Positions 48,157-59,234 are shown, numbered from the stretch's first letter. The stretch: DNA of 64,000 nucleotides from Terriglobales bacterium (GCA_050014475.1 JBEKDG010000008.1:18636-82635); one strand, 5' to 3'. Notes: generated from the letters alone by a model not told the origin. Translations and numbers: made by a program.

Positions 48157-50259
48157 TTACGTCTGCACGATGCGCGGAGTGATGAAGAAAATCAGCTCCT
48201 GGTTTGAAGTGGTCACCGAACGGTGCTTGAACAGGTTGCCAAGGTACGGGATATCCCCGAGCAAGGGCACCTGCGAAACGCTCAGCGAGTTCTGGGTCTG
48301 GATCACGCCGCCAATCACAACCGTGCCGCCGTCGGTCACCAGCACTTGCGTGGTCGCCTGCTGCGTGATCAGGGCTGGGTTGCCATAAAGGTCTTCGTGG
48401 CCAAAGTCAGGCAAGGTGTTTTCCACATCCACGTTGAGGAAGATGGTTCCTTCCGATGTGATCTGCGGCGTCACCGTGAGTCGCAGGAAAGCATCCACGT
48501 AGGTAGTGGTCGGCGGACCATTCAACTGGGCCGCGGTCACGATCGGTATTTTCGTGCCCTGTTTCACCACCGCCTGAATGTTGTTCTGCGTGACGATACG
48601 CGGACGGGAAAGAACTTTCAGCAACCCGCGCGACTCGGCCATGGTGAGCAGAAGGTCGAGCCGCATGTTGTTGGTGGCGTTCACAAGCTCCAGACCGCTG
48701 GTCGGCCCGGCTGCGCCCAGGTTCGAAAACAGCGGAATCTGAGTCCCGCTCGCGGGCGTGCCAAGGACGGGGTACAACGGATTATTTACCTGTGGACCGA
48801 CGAGGATCGGCGAGGTTCCAACTTTGTTCACGCCGCCAACGCCGGTTGTGCCGTTGCCCCAGCCCAGGCCAAGTTGCACGCCGATGTCGCGAGCGAAGCT
48901 GCGCGTGGCCGCCACCACGCGGGCTTCAATTTCGACTTCCTGCGTCTTGCGGTCCATCTGCTGGATGAGGCGGTCAATCTGCGGCAGGACCGCCGGAATG
49001 TCGGCAACGATTATCGAGTTGGTGCGTTCGTCGGCGACTATGTCGCCACGCTGACTTAGGAATTTCTTGAGCGGCAGTAATAGGTCCTTCGCGTGTGCGT
49101 AGCTGAGGAAGCGGGTGATGCTGACTTTGTCTACCGCGAGCGCCTCGGCATCGATTTGCGCGCGCCGGCCCTCGGCTTCCTTCTTCAACGTTTCAACGGT
49201 GGCGATGCGCAGTACATTGCCGTCCAGTTGGCGGGACAGATCGTTGTTCTTGAGCACGATGTCCAGCGCCTGATCCCACGGCACGTCATCGAGCACGATC
49301 GTCAGGTTGCCGTGGATCGCGGGATCGAGCACAACGTTCAAACCGCTGATCTCGTGAATCAGGCGGAAGAAATCTTTCAGATCCACATCCTTAAGATTGA
49401 CCGAGATCGGCTCGCCGGTGTATTTGGCCCCGCTCACCGCCGGCTTCTGTTCCAACTGAGCCTTCTGCTCGGCCGCCAGGTTCACGGCCGGCTGGGCGCC
49501 CTGCCCGTTGCCGCCCGCTTGCCCGATGGCGGCATTGGCATGGGTGGCGACCAGTTCCGCCGCCGTCTTGTCGGCAAAGCGACCCGCCGCTTCTTGGGCC
49601 TTCACGGCCGGCTGGGCGGCTTTGTCGTCCTTGACCGAATACTTCGGTTCGACGAAGGCAAAGTCCGCCGGTTTCTGGGTGTTCTCGGCCGAGGCCGGGG
49701 TGGGCACAACCGCTGCTACCGGAGCCGGAGTTACCGGAACGGAGGCGACCGGAGCCGAAGCCAGCACCAGTTGCGGCGCGGCGCTCGCGGCCACCGATTT
49801 TGCGGCCGGCGCCGGTTGGCGATGGGCCAGCACAGCGTCGTGGATCTTGAGAACGAAGCTGCCGTCCGGGCCCGTCACCAGTTCATGCTGGCGGCTGTCG
49901 GCGAGATCACTGTTGGCAAGATCAATGACCACGCGCGTGGTGGGCGGCGTTTGCCCGTCCATCCCGACGCGGACGTCTTTCACGCCATCGCTGCCAACGC
50001 TGATGCGGCTCTGCGCCGTGGCCATCACGGTGTTGGGAAAGTCGATGACGATGCGTGCCGGAGAATCGAGCGTCGTCACTTTGGGCGCCACTATGCCCTT
50101 CGCTTTGAACTCGACCCGCAATCCGTCCTGGCTGTGCGCGACCTCGAGCCTCTGCAATCGAGCGCTCGCGGCCACCCCCTTGCCCGTCATGTCAGCCGCG
50201 GCTGCGATCAGTACGAACGTCAGCAGCGGAACCAAGATGCCCAGCAGTTGCTTTCGCAT
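48157..50259 (-). CDS. pilQ: type IV pilus secretin
   Basis: N-terminal AMIN-like domain (ARIVIDFPN) and a C-terminal secretin domain (VPLLGDIPYLGNLFK). Confidence 0.92.
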   Translation of the reverse strand: MRKQLLGILVPLLTFVLIAAAADMTGKGVAASARLQRLEVAHSQDGLRVEFKAKGIVAPKVTTLDSPARIVIDFPNTVMATAQSRISVGSDGVKDVRVGMDGQTPPTTRVVIDLANSDLADSRQHELVTGPDGSFVLKIHDAVLAHRQPAPAAKSVAASAAPQLVLASAPVASVPVTPAPVAAVVPTPASAENTQKPADFAFVEPKYSVKDDKAAQPAVKAQEAAGRFADKTAAELVATHANAAIGQAGGNGQGAQPAVNLAAEQKAQLEQKPAVSGAKYTGEPISVNLKDVDLKDFFRLIHEISGLNVVLDPAIHGNLTIVLDDVPWDQALDIVLKNNDLSRQLDGNVLRIATVETLKKEAEGRRAQIDAEALAVDKVSITRFLSYAHAKDLLLPLKKFLSQRGDIVADERTNSIIVADIPAVLPQIDRLIQQMDRKTQEVEIEARVVAATRSFARDIGVQLGLGWGNGTTGVGGVNKVGTSPILVGPQVNNPLYPVLGTPASGTQIPLFSNLGAAGPTSGLELVNATNNMRLDLLLTMAESRGLLKVLSRPRIVTQNNIQAVVKQGTKIPIVTAAQLNGPPTTTYVDAFLRLTVTPQITSEGTIFLNVDVENTLPDFGHEDLYGNPALITQQATTQVLVTDGGTVVIGGVIQTQNSLSVSQVPLLGDIPYLGNLFKHRSVTTSNQELIFFITPRIVQT

Positions 50260-50326
50260 TTCCCTATCTCCCCATGCGAGGCCGTTTCGCCTCCATGTGT
50301 TTCTTCGAAGTCTTTGGTCTCCAGGC

Positions 50327-51103
50327 CTACACTGCCGGAGTCGTAATCTTCTTCACTACTTCCCGCGTAAAGGTCTTGCCCATCCGGTCCTGCAGTGTTT
50401 CCTGGAAAACGATGGAGTCCCCCGTGATTTTCATCACGTAACCGTTGAACACCGGGTCGTTTTCCCGCAGAAAATAAGCTTTATTCATGCTGTTACTAAC
50501 CACCGCGATGAAACCGCTTTCGGCGCGCACCACTCCTCGCAGGTTGATGGCCCCGATTTCCAGACACTTCTTGCCCGTGCTGCAGCCCGAACCGCCCGCG
50601 TGGCTCACCACCGGACTGATGAAAGGATCCCGTCTCCCGTTCGCGGCGTATTTGCTGTCCGGGGCGAGCTCCTGCTCGCTCGCCGCGTTCTCGCCTGCTC
50701 CGCTTTCCGAAGCGCCGTTGCCGGCTGCGCTAGCCGCCGCTGGCGGATTGTTCTTGGGAACCACGACGGTTGGCTTCGGTTGCGCGCTACGCCGGGCCGC
50801 GACTGCCGGAACCCGCTTCGCCGCGCCCGTGTTTTTCGTCTTCGCCGAACTCGCGCTCGCCTGTAATGAAGACGACTTCGCCGGCGTAACCACCGCGACC
50901 CCGCTCGCCTTAGCCGGAGCATGCGTGGCGCTCGCTGCTGCTGGCGCCGCTTGGTGAATGCCCAGCGCCTCATTCGAGGCGGCCGTGGCATGGTTGCTCA
51001 CCGCGTTCATCGTGTTGCGCGTGTTCTGGATAATGCTGGGACTCTGGGCCCAGGCCAAGCCCGCGGCCAGTACGCAAACCAGAATTGTCACCGTCGGCTT
51101 CAT
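50327..51103 (-). CDS. pilP: PilP-like pilus assembly protein with an Ala/Ser-rich linker
   Basis: It sits between pilO and pilQ. The C-terminal segment GRRDPF...LRGVV...AVV...YFLRENDPV...V.KI is PilP-like. Confidence 0.6.
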   Translation of the reverse strand: MKPTVTILVCVLAAGLAWAQSPSIIQNTRNTMNAVSNHATAASNEALGIHQAAPAAASATHAPAKASGVAVVTPAKSSSLQASASSAKTKNTGAAKRVPAVAARRSAQPKPTVVVPKNNPPAAASAAGNGASESGAGENAASEQELAPDSKYAANGRRDPFISPVVSHAGGSGCSTGKKCLEIGAINLRGVVRAESGFIAVVSNSMNKAYFLRENDPVFNGYVMKITGDSIVFQETLQDRMGKTFTREVVKKITTPAV

Positions 51104-51113
51104 CGTGTCCCTC

Positions 51114-51746
51114 CTATTTCTTCACCGGTGGTCCGGGCTTGCTGGCCGGCGGCGCCGGATCCAGATCATGACTGAAATACGTGGTGGTCAGGCAGGTCGC
51201 CACCACACTCTCACTGGGCGCGTACTGGTAGGTATGCTTCGCCTTGGCCTCGGACGGCTTGCGGGTCGAGGCCACCAGCAGGTTCGAGACGTTTACGATG
51301 CGCTCCACTTTTCCCAACCGATCGAAAAATCCCAGCATCGAGTAGTACGGACCGTCGAGCTCAATTTCGAACGGCACTTCGCTATAGAACTCTTTCGCAA
51401 CGTACGGACGGGCCGTATAGCGGCGGATTTCCACTCCCGACTTGCGCGCTTCTCCGCTCACCATGCGCATGAAATTGTCCACTTCTTTTTCATCGGGCAC
51501 GATGCGCCGCTCGATTTCGAGTTGCTGCTTCAAGCTGGCGAGTTGGCGCTCGATGTCGGCCAGTTTCGGCCGGTAGGCTTCGAGTTCCGCGTTCTCCCGC
51601 CGTTTGGCCTGCAGCTTGATCTGGGCCGCCGCGTTTTCGTTGCGCTGCGACTTGAAGACCGTATAGTAGAGAGCGCCCGTGCCCACCGCCGCCGCCAGCA
51701 GCAGAACTCCCAGCAGCTTCGCCCCTGATAATTCGCCAAGATTCAT
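51114..51746 (-). CDS. pilO: type IV pilus assembly protein PilO
   Basis: TM segment, coiled coil, and C-terminal F.EVPFEIELDGPYYSMLGFFDRL. Confidence 0.8.
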   Translation of the reverse strand: MNLGELSGAKLLGVLLLAAAVGTGALYYTVFKSQRNENAAAQIKLQAKRRENAELEAYRPKLADIERQLASLKQQLEIERRIVPDEKEVDNFMRMVSGEARKSGVEIRRYTARPYVAKEFYSEVPFEIELDGPYYSMLGFFDRLGKVERIVNVSNLLVASTRKPSEAKAKHTYQYAPSESVVATCLTTTYFSHDLDPAPPASKPGPPVKK

Positions 51747-51760
51747 AGTCGGTTCCGCCT

Positions 51761-52348
51761 TTACGACTTCGCCTTTTCGCAGGTCAGTGTGAACTGAAAC
51801 GCCTGCATGTCCTTTACCTGTTCGTCCTGATAACTTTCCTTGATCTCGATGTTGCGGAAGAAACCGGTCTTCTGCAGGTTGGAAATCAGATTGGCCACCG
51901 CATCGCTGCTCAGCGCCGTGCCGTCAATGGCAACGCTGGCGCCCTGGTCCTGCATGCTGTTCAACCACACCGCCTCGGTGCTGTTGACCGTATCGCCAAT
52001 CATGGCCAGCAGGCCGACCGGGCCCGATTGGTTCAAGCGCAACTGGTCGATCACATCCACCCGCCGCTTGTAGGACTCGGCTTGCCTCTGCCGCTCCATG
52101 TACCGCACCTTGATGTCGGCCAGTTCGCGATTTTTCTGTTCCGCCAGCCGGGCTTGCACCTCGATCGATTTCTTTTCCCGGTCGAGCTGGTACCAGTACC
52201 CGAAATTGAGGGCGCCGGCAATCAGCAGCACCGCCGCCACCTGCACCAGTGGCCCGCCTAAATTGCCCAGCTCGAAGCTCGGCATGCTGATGGCAACGTT
52301 TTTCTTGCCTTTCGGTTTCGGAGAACCCAGCAGATTGATTCGGATCAT
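51761..52348 (-). CDS. pilN: type IV pilus assembly protein PilN
   Basis: MIRINLL N-terminus, TM segment and coiled coil. It overlaps the pilM stop by 4 nt. Confidence 0.85.
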   Translation of the reverse strand: MIRINLLGSPKPKGKKNVAISMPSFELGNLGGPLVQVAAVLLIAGALNFGYWYQLDREKKSIEVQARLAEQKNRELADIKVRYMERQRQAESYKRRVDVIDQLRLNQSGPVGLLAMIGDTVNSTEAVWLNSMQDQGASVAIDGTALSSDAVANLISNLQKTGFFRNIEIKESYQDEQVKDMQAFQFTLTCEKAKS

Positions 52349-53400
52349 AGCTTTTCAAAGCTCCTCAGGGCCAAACCCACGGCCACTGCCAACTGGCCCG
52401 CGTTCTGTTCGACCAACTCCGCCCCGACGCCTTCCGCCGGAGCCAGCACTTTCTGAAACGGGTTGAACAACTCCACCGGCATCGAGAACTCCTGGCGCAG
52501 CGCTTCCACCAGGCCCGGAACCTTGGCCGAACCGCCGGCCAGATAAATCTTCTCGATGTGCTCGCCCGCGGCGCTGGCCCGGAAGAAGTCGAATGTCTTC
52601 TGAATTTCCAGCACGATAATTTCCGTGACCTGCTGCAGGATCGGCGTCTTCGCGTCGTCGTGCACCGTCCCCACCTTGCGCCCCAGCTTGAGCGATTCCG
52701 CGTCATCGAAACTGAGATCCAGTTCCTTCTGCAGCGAGTCGGTGTACTGATGCCCGCCCACCGAAACGTCGCGCGGGAACAGCGGCGTCGTGCCCTTGAC
52801 GATGTTGATGTTCATCACGCTCGCACCCAGGTTGAGCAGCGCAACCACCTGCGTCGGAGCCGGCTCGTAGTTGTACTCGTAACAATTCTGCAGGGCGAGC
52901 GCATCGATATCCACAATAGCCGGAGTCTTCCCCGCCATCGAGAGTACGTTGGTGTAGTTCAGAATCTTGTCTTTCTTCACCGCCACCAGCAGCACATCCA
53001 TTTGCGGGCTGCTCGCGTCGTCGGAAAGAATCTGGTAGTCGAGGTTCACATCCGCCAGATCGAACGGGATGTGCTGCGCGGCTTCCTTCTGGATGGTCTC
53101 GGCCAGTTCCTGGTCGCTCATCGAGGGCAGCGAGATTTTCTTCACGATCACCGAGTGTCCGCTCACCGCCGTGGCCACCGCCTTCGAATTGATCTGCGTG
53201 TCCGTGAACAGCTTGGCGATGGCCGCCGAAACCGTGCCCGAATCCACGATCATGGAATCGACCACGATGTCGGGCGCGATCGGCTCCAGGCCGAGGTGCG
53301 CCACTTCGATCCCAGTGCGTGTCTTCCTGAGCTCGACCGCCTTGATGCTCGAAGAGCCCACATCCAGACCCACTATCGTCTTCGATCCCATTCCAAACAT
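52345..53400 (-). CDS. pilM: type IV pilus assembly ATPase-fold protein PilM
   Basis: Actin-like fold: VGLDVGSSSIKAVEL, LNLGASVMNINIV and IYLAGGSAKVPGL. Confidence 0.92.
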   Translation of the reverse strand: MFGMGSKTIVGLDVGSSSIKAVELRKTRTGIEVAHLGLEPIAPDIVVDSMIVDSGTVSAAIAKLFTDTQINSKAVATAVSGHSVIVKKISLPSMSDQELAETIQKEAAQHIPFDLADVNLDYQILSDDASSPQMDVLLVAVKKDKILNYTNVLSMAGKTPAIVDIDALALQNCYEYNYEPAPTQVVALLNLGASVMNINIVKGTTPLFPRDVSVGGHQYTDSLQKELDLSFDDAESLKLGRKVGTVHDDAKTPILQQVTEIIVLEIQKTFDFFRASAAGEHIEKIYLAGGSAKVPGLVEALRQEFSMPVELFNPFQKVLAPAEGVGAELVEQNAGQLAVAVGLALRSFEKL

Positions 53401-53428
53401 GTGCCCGCCCTTCTTTAACGAAGTTCGC

Positions 53429-53665
53429 CTACGGAGTTCCGGCAGCTTTCACCGCTGCCTTGATTTTCTTCTTGCCCCGCGCTTCCGTTTCCATCGACTG
53501 CTCTTCCATCCACTGATCCAGCTTCGATTTCTTGAAGCGCCAGCGATTGCCCAACTTGAACGCCGGAATCTTCTGCTCGTTCACGTACTTGTACAGCGTG
53601 TCCGGACTCACTCCCAGATACTGCGAAGCTTGGCGAATATTCATCACTTCTCGCGAGTCGGCCAT
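53429..53665 (-). CDS. excisionase-family HTH DNA-binding protein
   Basis: MNIRQASQYLGVSPDTLYKYVNEQKIPAFKLGNRWRFKKSKLDQW. Its stop lies 28 nt upstream of pilM. Confidence 0.75.
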   Translation of the reverse strand: MADSREVMNIRQASQYLGVSPDTLYKYVNEQKIPAFKLGNRWRFKKSKLDQWMEEQSMETEARGKKKIKAAVKAAGTP

Positions 53666-54213
53666 TAAATGTTTCCCTTCTCCCGCAAACTCCAGCTCTC
53701 AGCCCAGCCTTTTCTTCCCGGCAACGCTGAGGAAATTGGGAGAACCAAGTCCTCGATCAAACGCGTTCGAGTGTATTTTGGTGTGCTGAGCATATCTCAA
53801 CCGGAACCGCGGGCCTCTCCACGTGAATCTCCCGGTTTTGTTGGGTTTTATGGGGGTTTTCTGGATTCCACAAAAAGTGGACTTGCAGTTTGTTTCTGCT
53901 AATTGCGTTTGGCGATGACGATACCACTATAGGTAGTAGTCTCGACCGAAGTAAGGCACCGGTCACACGAGTTGGGGTAACTAAGGTACTAGAGACGGTA
54001 CGGAAGTACTTGCACGGGCGCGCAAGCCGCTGAAAACACACACACACGGAGCCCGCTCGCGCTGGCCACAAGCTGCGCTTCCCGCATTACTTTTCCATGG
54101 CGAATCGGCTGCGAGCTGCGCGCAAGCAGATGCCGGGGTTTGCTCGTAGCTCGCAGCAGCCCGCGGTTCCTCACGAAGGCCGCTTCCCCGGTGCACCCCT
54201 GTGCCCCCTGTGG

Positions 54214-54837
54214 TTAAAGCTTTTTCTCCGCCCGCTCCAAACACCCAGCCCGGAACGACCGACCATCCAGCCGATGCAACCGCTTCGCCTGGGCGCGCGT
54301 GATCAAAGGATAGTGAGAAATGGTCAGCAGATATTCCGCCACGAACCACACCGGCTGCTCCGTGGTCATCCACTGGAGAGGGTCAAAACGGCGCATCTGG
54401 ACAGGCCGGGAAAAAGTCCGCAGCGTGCGCTCTCCCCGCAGATTGAAGTACACGTCGAAATAACTAAGCGCCAGTTCACGCAGCGAACGATACACCGGTT
54501 CGCGATAGCGGCACCCGGTGTAGTTCGATTTGGCCACCGCGCCCCAGTGTCCGTCGATGCGGTACACGGCAATCACGTGGTCGGTATCGTGCTCGGCTTC
54601 CAGATCGACAATGAGCGGAGGATATCCGATGACGCGCAGCGCCGCCGCCGCAAACAGCGCCCCCTCGTAGCAATGCGAAGTGTTTTCCCGCAGCACCCGT
54701 CGCGGAGACCAGGCGCTGTCCGCAAGGTGGTACGGCATGTCGTCAAGCAAGCGCTGAACGCCATGCGGAGTCTTCAACCCACGCAGCTTGCGCAGTTCGG
54801 CAGGGGTCAGGCCCCAGGAGTTGACGTTGTCAGTCAT
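54214..54837 (-). CDS. transglutaminase-like cysteine-peptidase-fold hypothetical protein
   Basis: Ordered Cys/His/Asp candidates (SHCYEGALF, DTDHVIAVY, WGAVAKSN). The start was chosen at MTDNVNSWG. Confidence 0.55.
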   Translation of the reverse strand: MTDNVNSWGLTPAELRKLRGLKTPHGVQRLLDDMPYHLADSAWSPRRVLRENTSHCYEGALFAAAALRVIGYPPLIVDLEAEHDTDHVIAVYRIDGHWGAVAKSNYTGCRYREPVYRSLRELALSYFDVYFNLRGERTLRTFSRPVQMRRFDPLQWMTTEQPVWFVAEYLLTISHYPLITRAQAKRLHRLDGRSFRAGCLERAEKKL

Positions 54838-55000
54838 CCCAAATTTTCCCGTAGAGACGCGGGTGGCAGAGTCACTTGAAGGTAGCAGGATCGGGCGATG
54901 ATTGGGAATAAAGGAGCGGGTTCGTGCGTGAGCCTCGTCACAAGAAAGCCCGCCCTCCGGCAACCGAAGGGCGGGCTCGGTGCTTTCCAAGCTCAAGTCT

Positions 55001-55888
55001 TTAATGATTAGCAGCCGGCTTATCCGCTGGTTTCTTGGCGGCCGCGGGAGCAGCGGCGGCTTTTGGTTTCCAAAACTCCGGATCTGCCTTAACCCACTCG
55101 TCAGCCGGGTAGCTCATGCGCGGATTAAACGCGAACAGGTTCGTCTGGCTCGACTCAATCGCTGCGGCCGACAACTCGGCGAACTTCTTCATGCCTGCTT
55201 CGCCCATCGCCGCCTCAAACTCCTTGTTCGCCGCGAAGTTCCGGTCAATCTCCGCCGCCGACTTCATCGGGTTGAAGACGATGTAGGTAGTGTCTGGAAA
55301 TCCATAGACCGCCGAATACGTCGCCCAGTGTGCGTCGGGAATGTTCTTGTAGGCGGCGGTCACCAGCTTCAGGATTTCGTCCCAATCCTTGTCATGTCCC
55401 TGCTTAACCTGGAAGCGCGAGATTTCGAAATAGCGCATATGGGCTATGTCTACCTCGGGACGCAGGCTGTATTCCTCGCGGAATACGAACGCGCCGCCGT
55501 CGGTCTCGCTCAATAGTTCACCGTCTGCCGCCCAGGCGCGGTCAAGGGCAGCCGACAGAGTCGCATTTTTTTGGGTTGCGAGCGTGTCCTTTTCCCACGC
55601 TGCAAACGAATCATAGCCTGTCAGAAAGAGCGCACGCGACTTGCCCGAAAGAGATTCCACAGCCAGATAGTGGGTTGGCCATTTCGCACGCGTCGTTGCT
55701 TGAACAAACAAGCTTTCGGTCTTTTCATGTTGGGTACCCGATTTCCCCGGCTTAGTAAACTCCCGCGTGATCACCAGTACCTTGGGTGGCATCATAGCGG
55801 TGGACTTGTCCTGGCCAGCAGCGATCCCGGATCCTCCAACCGCCAGCAAAACAAGCAGAGCGAGCATCGACCCCGTAAGTCTTTTCAT
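55001..55888 (-). CDS. secreted hypothetical protein
   Basis: Signal peptide MKRLTGSMLALLVLLAVGGSGIAAG and an Ala/Lys/Pro-rich tail. Confidence 0.65.
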   Translation of the reverse strand: MKRLTGSMLALLVLLAVGGSGIAAGQDKSTAMMPPKVLVITREFTKPGKSGTQHEKTESLFVQATTRAKWPTHYLAVESLSGKSRALFLTGYDSFAAWEKDTLATQKNATLSAALDRAWAADGELLSETDGGAFVFREEYSLRPEVDIAHMRYFEISRFQVKQGHDKDWDEILKLVTAAYKNIPDAHWATYSAVYGFPDTTYIVFNPMKSAAEIDRNFAANKEFEAAMGEAGMKKFAELSAAAIESSQTNLFAFNPRMSYPADEWVKADPEFWKPKAAAAPAAAKKPADKPAANH

Positions 55889-56068
55889 GGTTGACCTCCT
55901 AGGTCACACAAATAGAGTGAGAATCGGAATTTCCTTCCCTGACTTTGAAAGCAGTGGAATTGTACACAGATTCGTTTCCCTGCGCGCGGTAGAAAAACGA
56001 TTGCCTGTCTGGACCGCTCCCGGCAACCATGCCGTCGCTGTTCTCCCTCCGAGAATGCTCCGCTGCCG

Positions 56069-56758
56069 CTACCGCAACAACTCCCCCAGCTCCCGAGGAG
56101 TCTCAATCAGCACATCCGGAGGCACATCCTCCAGCGAATGCGGAGCGAACCCATACGTCACGCCGCAAGTCCACAACCCGGCATTGTGTCCCGTCAAAAC
56201 GTCGATCGACGAGTCTCCAATGATCAGCGCCTCATCTGCCGCAACGCCAGTTTCCCGCAGGATGGTCTGCACCCCCAGCGGATCGGGCTTCTTCGTCGTA
56301 AAGCTGTTGCCGCCGTATACACGCACAAAGAAGTCCCCCAGCCCCAGCGCCTGCACAATGTCGCGCGAAGGATTGACCGGCTTGTTCGAGAGCACCGCCA
56401 TCAGCCGCTGCACTCCATTTGACAGATCGGCCAGGCTCGCCAGCACTTCCGGAATCCCCTCATAAACCGTGGTGTGGTCGAGCTTGTGCAGGCGGTAGTA
56501 GCCAAGAAAATACTCCAGAGCCGCTCGGAGCAACGCCTCGTCGTCCGTGTCGCCGAGCGCGCGGCGCACCAGCGCCGGAGCGCCATCTCCCACATAGCTC
56601 GCAATAACGTCGCCGTCCAGTTCGGGACGTCCGATATGGAGCAACATCGCATTCACGGAGTGAATCAAATCCAGCCGCGAGTCAATCAGGGTGCCATCGA
56701 GATCAAACACCAGCAAGCGAACGCGATGCGGATCGAACGGGCGCAGGAAACGAATCAT
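56069..56758 (-). CDS. HAD-superfamily hydrolase (phosphoglycolate phosphatase-like)
   Basis: LLVFDLDGTLIDS motif I and a GDSSIDV motif IV region. Confidence 0.88.
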   Translation of the reverse strand: MIRFLRPFDPHRVRLLVFDLDGTLIDSRLDLIHSVNAMLLHIGRPELDGDVIASYVGDGAPALVRRALGDTDDEALLRAALEYFLGYYRLHKLDHTTVYEGIPEVLASLADLSNGVQRLMAVLSNKPVNPSRDIVQALGLGDFFVRVYGGNSFTTKKPDPLGVQTILRETGVAADEALIIGDSSIDVLTGHNAGLWTCGVTYGFAPHSLEDVPPDVLIETPRELGELLR

Positions 56759-56774
56759 GTGAGTTCAGGATAAA

Positions 56775-56944
56775 CCAGGTCTCAGGTCTCAGGTCTCGGC
56801 TCTCAGCTATCAGTTCTCAGGAGAATCTCTTCATCTTGAGTCCCTGGGTTTTTCGTGAGCATCTGGCACGCTATTGACTGTCGATTCGTGTGAAGGTCAG
56901 CCTTTTCTGAGAACTGAGAACTGATAGCTGAGAGCTGAGAGCTG
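56775..56944. repeat. inverted heptad arrays (CAGGTCT/CAGCTCT/CAGTTCT) with an 85-nt spacer
   Basis: A 21-nt perfect core, CTCTCAGCTATCAGTTCTCAG, has its complement at 56909-56932, and pairing extends to about 31 bp with 2 mismatches. Confidence 0.85.
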
Positions 56945-56991
56945 ATTTACAATGATGCGGGGCTGGAACTCCGTGGGGTGAAAAACGCAGC

Positions 56992-59223
56992 ATGGCCACG
57001 ACTAAAGTCGATCCCAAGCTGAACGAAAACGACATCGCGAAAAAGGCCAAAACCTACCAGGGCCTGACGAGTCAGCAACTGATTGATTCGTATCGCATCA
57101 TGTTCACCTCGCGGCGCGTGGACGACCGCGAGATCCTGCTCAAGCGCCAGCAGAAGGTCTTCTTCCAGATCTCGGGCGCCGGCCACGAAGCCTTGGGCGT
57201 CGCTGCAGCCTTTGCGTTGAAGCCCGGCTGCGACTGGTTCTATCCCTACTACCGCGACCGCGCCCTGTGTCTCGCCCTGGGCGCAACTCCGTACGAAATG
57301 CTGCTCGGCGCCGTCGGCGCGGCCGACGACCCCTGTTCCGGCGGCCGCCAGATGCCCTCGCACTGGGCTTACCAGCGGCTCAACGTCGTTACTCAATCGT
57401 CCGCCACGGGCACCCAGATTCTGCAAGCCATCGGATGCGCCGAAGCGGGCCGCTATTTCGCCAAGCATCCCAAGGCAGCCCAAAAAGCCGAGGGCGATTA
57501 CCGCCAATTCAAGGAAGTCCAATTCCAGGGCGATGAAATCACTTACGTCTCGCTCGGCGACGGCACCACCAGCGGAGGCGAATTCTGGGAGGCGTTGAAC
57601 ACGGCTTCCAACCGCCGGCTGCCGGTAATTTTTTGCGTGCAAGACAACGAGTACGCGATTTCCGTGCCCGTCGAAGTGCAGACTTCCGGCGGCAACATTT
57701 CGCGCCTGGTTTCCGGCTTCCCCAATTTCCATTTCGAAGAGATTGACGGCACCGACCCCGTCGTCGCCTATGCGGCCTTCCGGCGGGCGGCCGACCATTG
57801 CCGCGCCGGCCATGGTCCCGCGTTTGTCCATGCCCATGTGATCCGTCCCTATTCCCACTCGCTCTCCGACGACGAGCGCCTTTACCGCCCCGACGCCGAG
57901 CGCCAGGCCGATGCCGCGCGCGACCCGGTTCCGCGCCTGCAAATGTTCCTGCTGCGGGAAGGAATCCTCGACGAAAAGGGGATCAACAAAATCGAGAAGG
58001 AAATCGAAGAGCAGATCCAGGCCGATGCCGATCGCGCGCTCGCAGCCGCGATACCGCAACCGGAAACGATCTACAACTTCGTGTACTCGCCCGATCTCGA
58101 TCCCACCTCGGCGGCGTTCGAAACTCTTCCCGCATTTGCCGCGCCCGAGACCGCCGCGGATGGCAAAGGCTCCGCCGCGCCAAACAAGTCGCCAAACAAG
58201 ACCATGGCGGACCTCATCAACACCACGCTGCGCGACGAGATGCGCCGCGATGAGCGCATCGTCATCTTCGGCGAAGACGTCGCCGACTGCAGCCGCGAAG
58301 AATACTTAAGGCAGAAGCTCGTTAAAGGCAAGGGCGGAGTCTTCAAGCTAACGGCTGGCCTGCAGTCCCAGTTCGGCTCCGACCGCGTGTTCAATTCCCC
58401 AATCGCCGAAGCCAACATCGTCGGCCGCGCCACCGGCATGGCCACGCGCGGATTGAAGCCCGTGGTCGAGATCCAGTTCTTCGATTACATCTGGCCAGCG
58501 ATGATGCAGTTGCGCGACGAACTCCCCATCATCCGCTGGCGCTCGAACAACGCCTTCTCCGCGCCTTTGGTGATCCGCGTCGCGATCGGCGGCTATCTGA
58601 CGGGCGGCGCCATTTACCACTCGCAGTGCGGCGAAAGCATCTTCACCCATACTCCCGGATTGCGCGTCGTGTTCCCCTCGAACGCACTCGATGCCGCGGG
58701 CCTGCTGCGCACGGCGATCCGCTGCGACGATCCGGTCTTGTTCCTCGAACACAAACGCCTCTACCGCGAAACCTACGGGCGCGCGCCCTATCCCGGCCCC
58801 GACTACATGGTTCCGTTCGGAAAAGCGAAGATCGTGCAGCCCGGAACCGGCCTCACCGTCATCACCTACGGCGCCGTGGTGCCGCGCGCGCTCCAGGCCG
58901 CGCAAAAACTCGAGCGCGAGCATCGCGTCAGTGTCGAGCTGGTCGACCTGCGCTGTTTGAATCCGTTTGACTGGGATGCGATTGCCGCTTCGGTGAAGAA
59001 AACCAACCGCGCGTTAATTGCTTACGAAGACTCGCTGAGCTGGGGATACGGCGCCGAAATTGCCGCCCGCATCGCCGACCAACTGTTCCATCACCTCGAT
59101 GCCCCGGTGAAGCGAATCGCCGCCACCGATACCTTCGTCGCCTATCAGCCGATTCTCGAGAATGCCATCCTGCCCCAGCCCAGCGACCTGTTCCGGGCAA
59201 TGAAGGAGCTGGCGGAATTCTGA
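56992..59223 (+). CDS. fused 2-oxoacid dehydrogenase E1 component (alpha plus beta)
   Basis: 743 aa. The N-terminal half has the TPP-binding [15 protein letters not shown]. The C-terminal half is transketolase-like (FGEDV..., [11 protein letters not shown]). Confidence 0.9.
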   Translation: MATTKVDPKLNENDIAKKAKTYQGLTSQQLIDSYRIMFTSRRVDDREILLKRQQKVFFQISGAGHEALGVAAAFALKPGCDWFYPYYRDRALCLALGATPYEMLLGAVGAADDPCSGGRQMPSHWAYQRLNVVTQSSATGTQILQAIGCAEAGRYFAKHPKAAQKAEGDYRQFKEVQFQGDEITYVSLGDGTTSGGEFWEALNTASNRRLPVIFCVQDNEYAISVPVEVQTSGGNISRLVSGFPNFHFEEIDGTDPVVAYAAFRRAADHCRAGHGPAFVHAHVIRPYSHSLSDDERLYRPDAERQADAARDPVPRLQMFLLREGILDEKGINKIEKEIEEQIQADADRALAAAIPQPETIYNFVYSPDLDPTSAAFETLPAFAAPETAADGKGSAAPNKSPNKTMADLINTTLRDEMRRDERIVIFGEDVADCSREEYLRQKLVKGKGGVFKLTAGLQSQFGSDRVFNSPIAEANIVGRATGMATRGLKPVVEIQFFDYIWPAMMQLRDELPIIRWRSNNAFSAPLVIRVAIGGYLTGGAIYHSQCGESIFTHTPGLRVVFPSNALDAAGLLRTAIRCDDPVLFLEHKRLYRETYGRAPYPGPDYMVPFGKAKIVQPGTGLTVITYGAVVPRALQAAQKLEREHRVSVELVDLRCLNPFDWDAIAASVKKTNRALIAYEDSLSWGYGAEIAARIADQLFHHLDAPVKRIAATDTFVAYQPILENAILPQPSDLFRAMKELAEF

Positions 59224-59234
59224 GGGGCAGCTTT

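Noticed and set aside
56992-59223. Fused E1 alpha/beta dehydrogenase as a novelty.
   Set aside because: Single-polypeptide alpha-beta E1 proteins are, to my knowledge, common in several phyla, so this is reported only as a feature.
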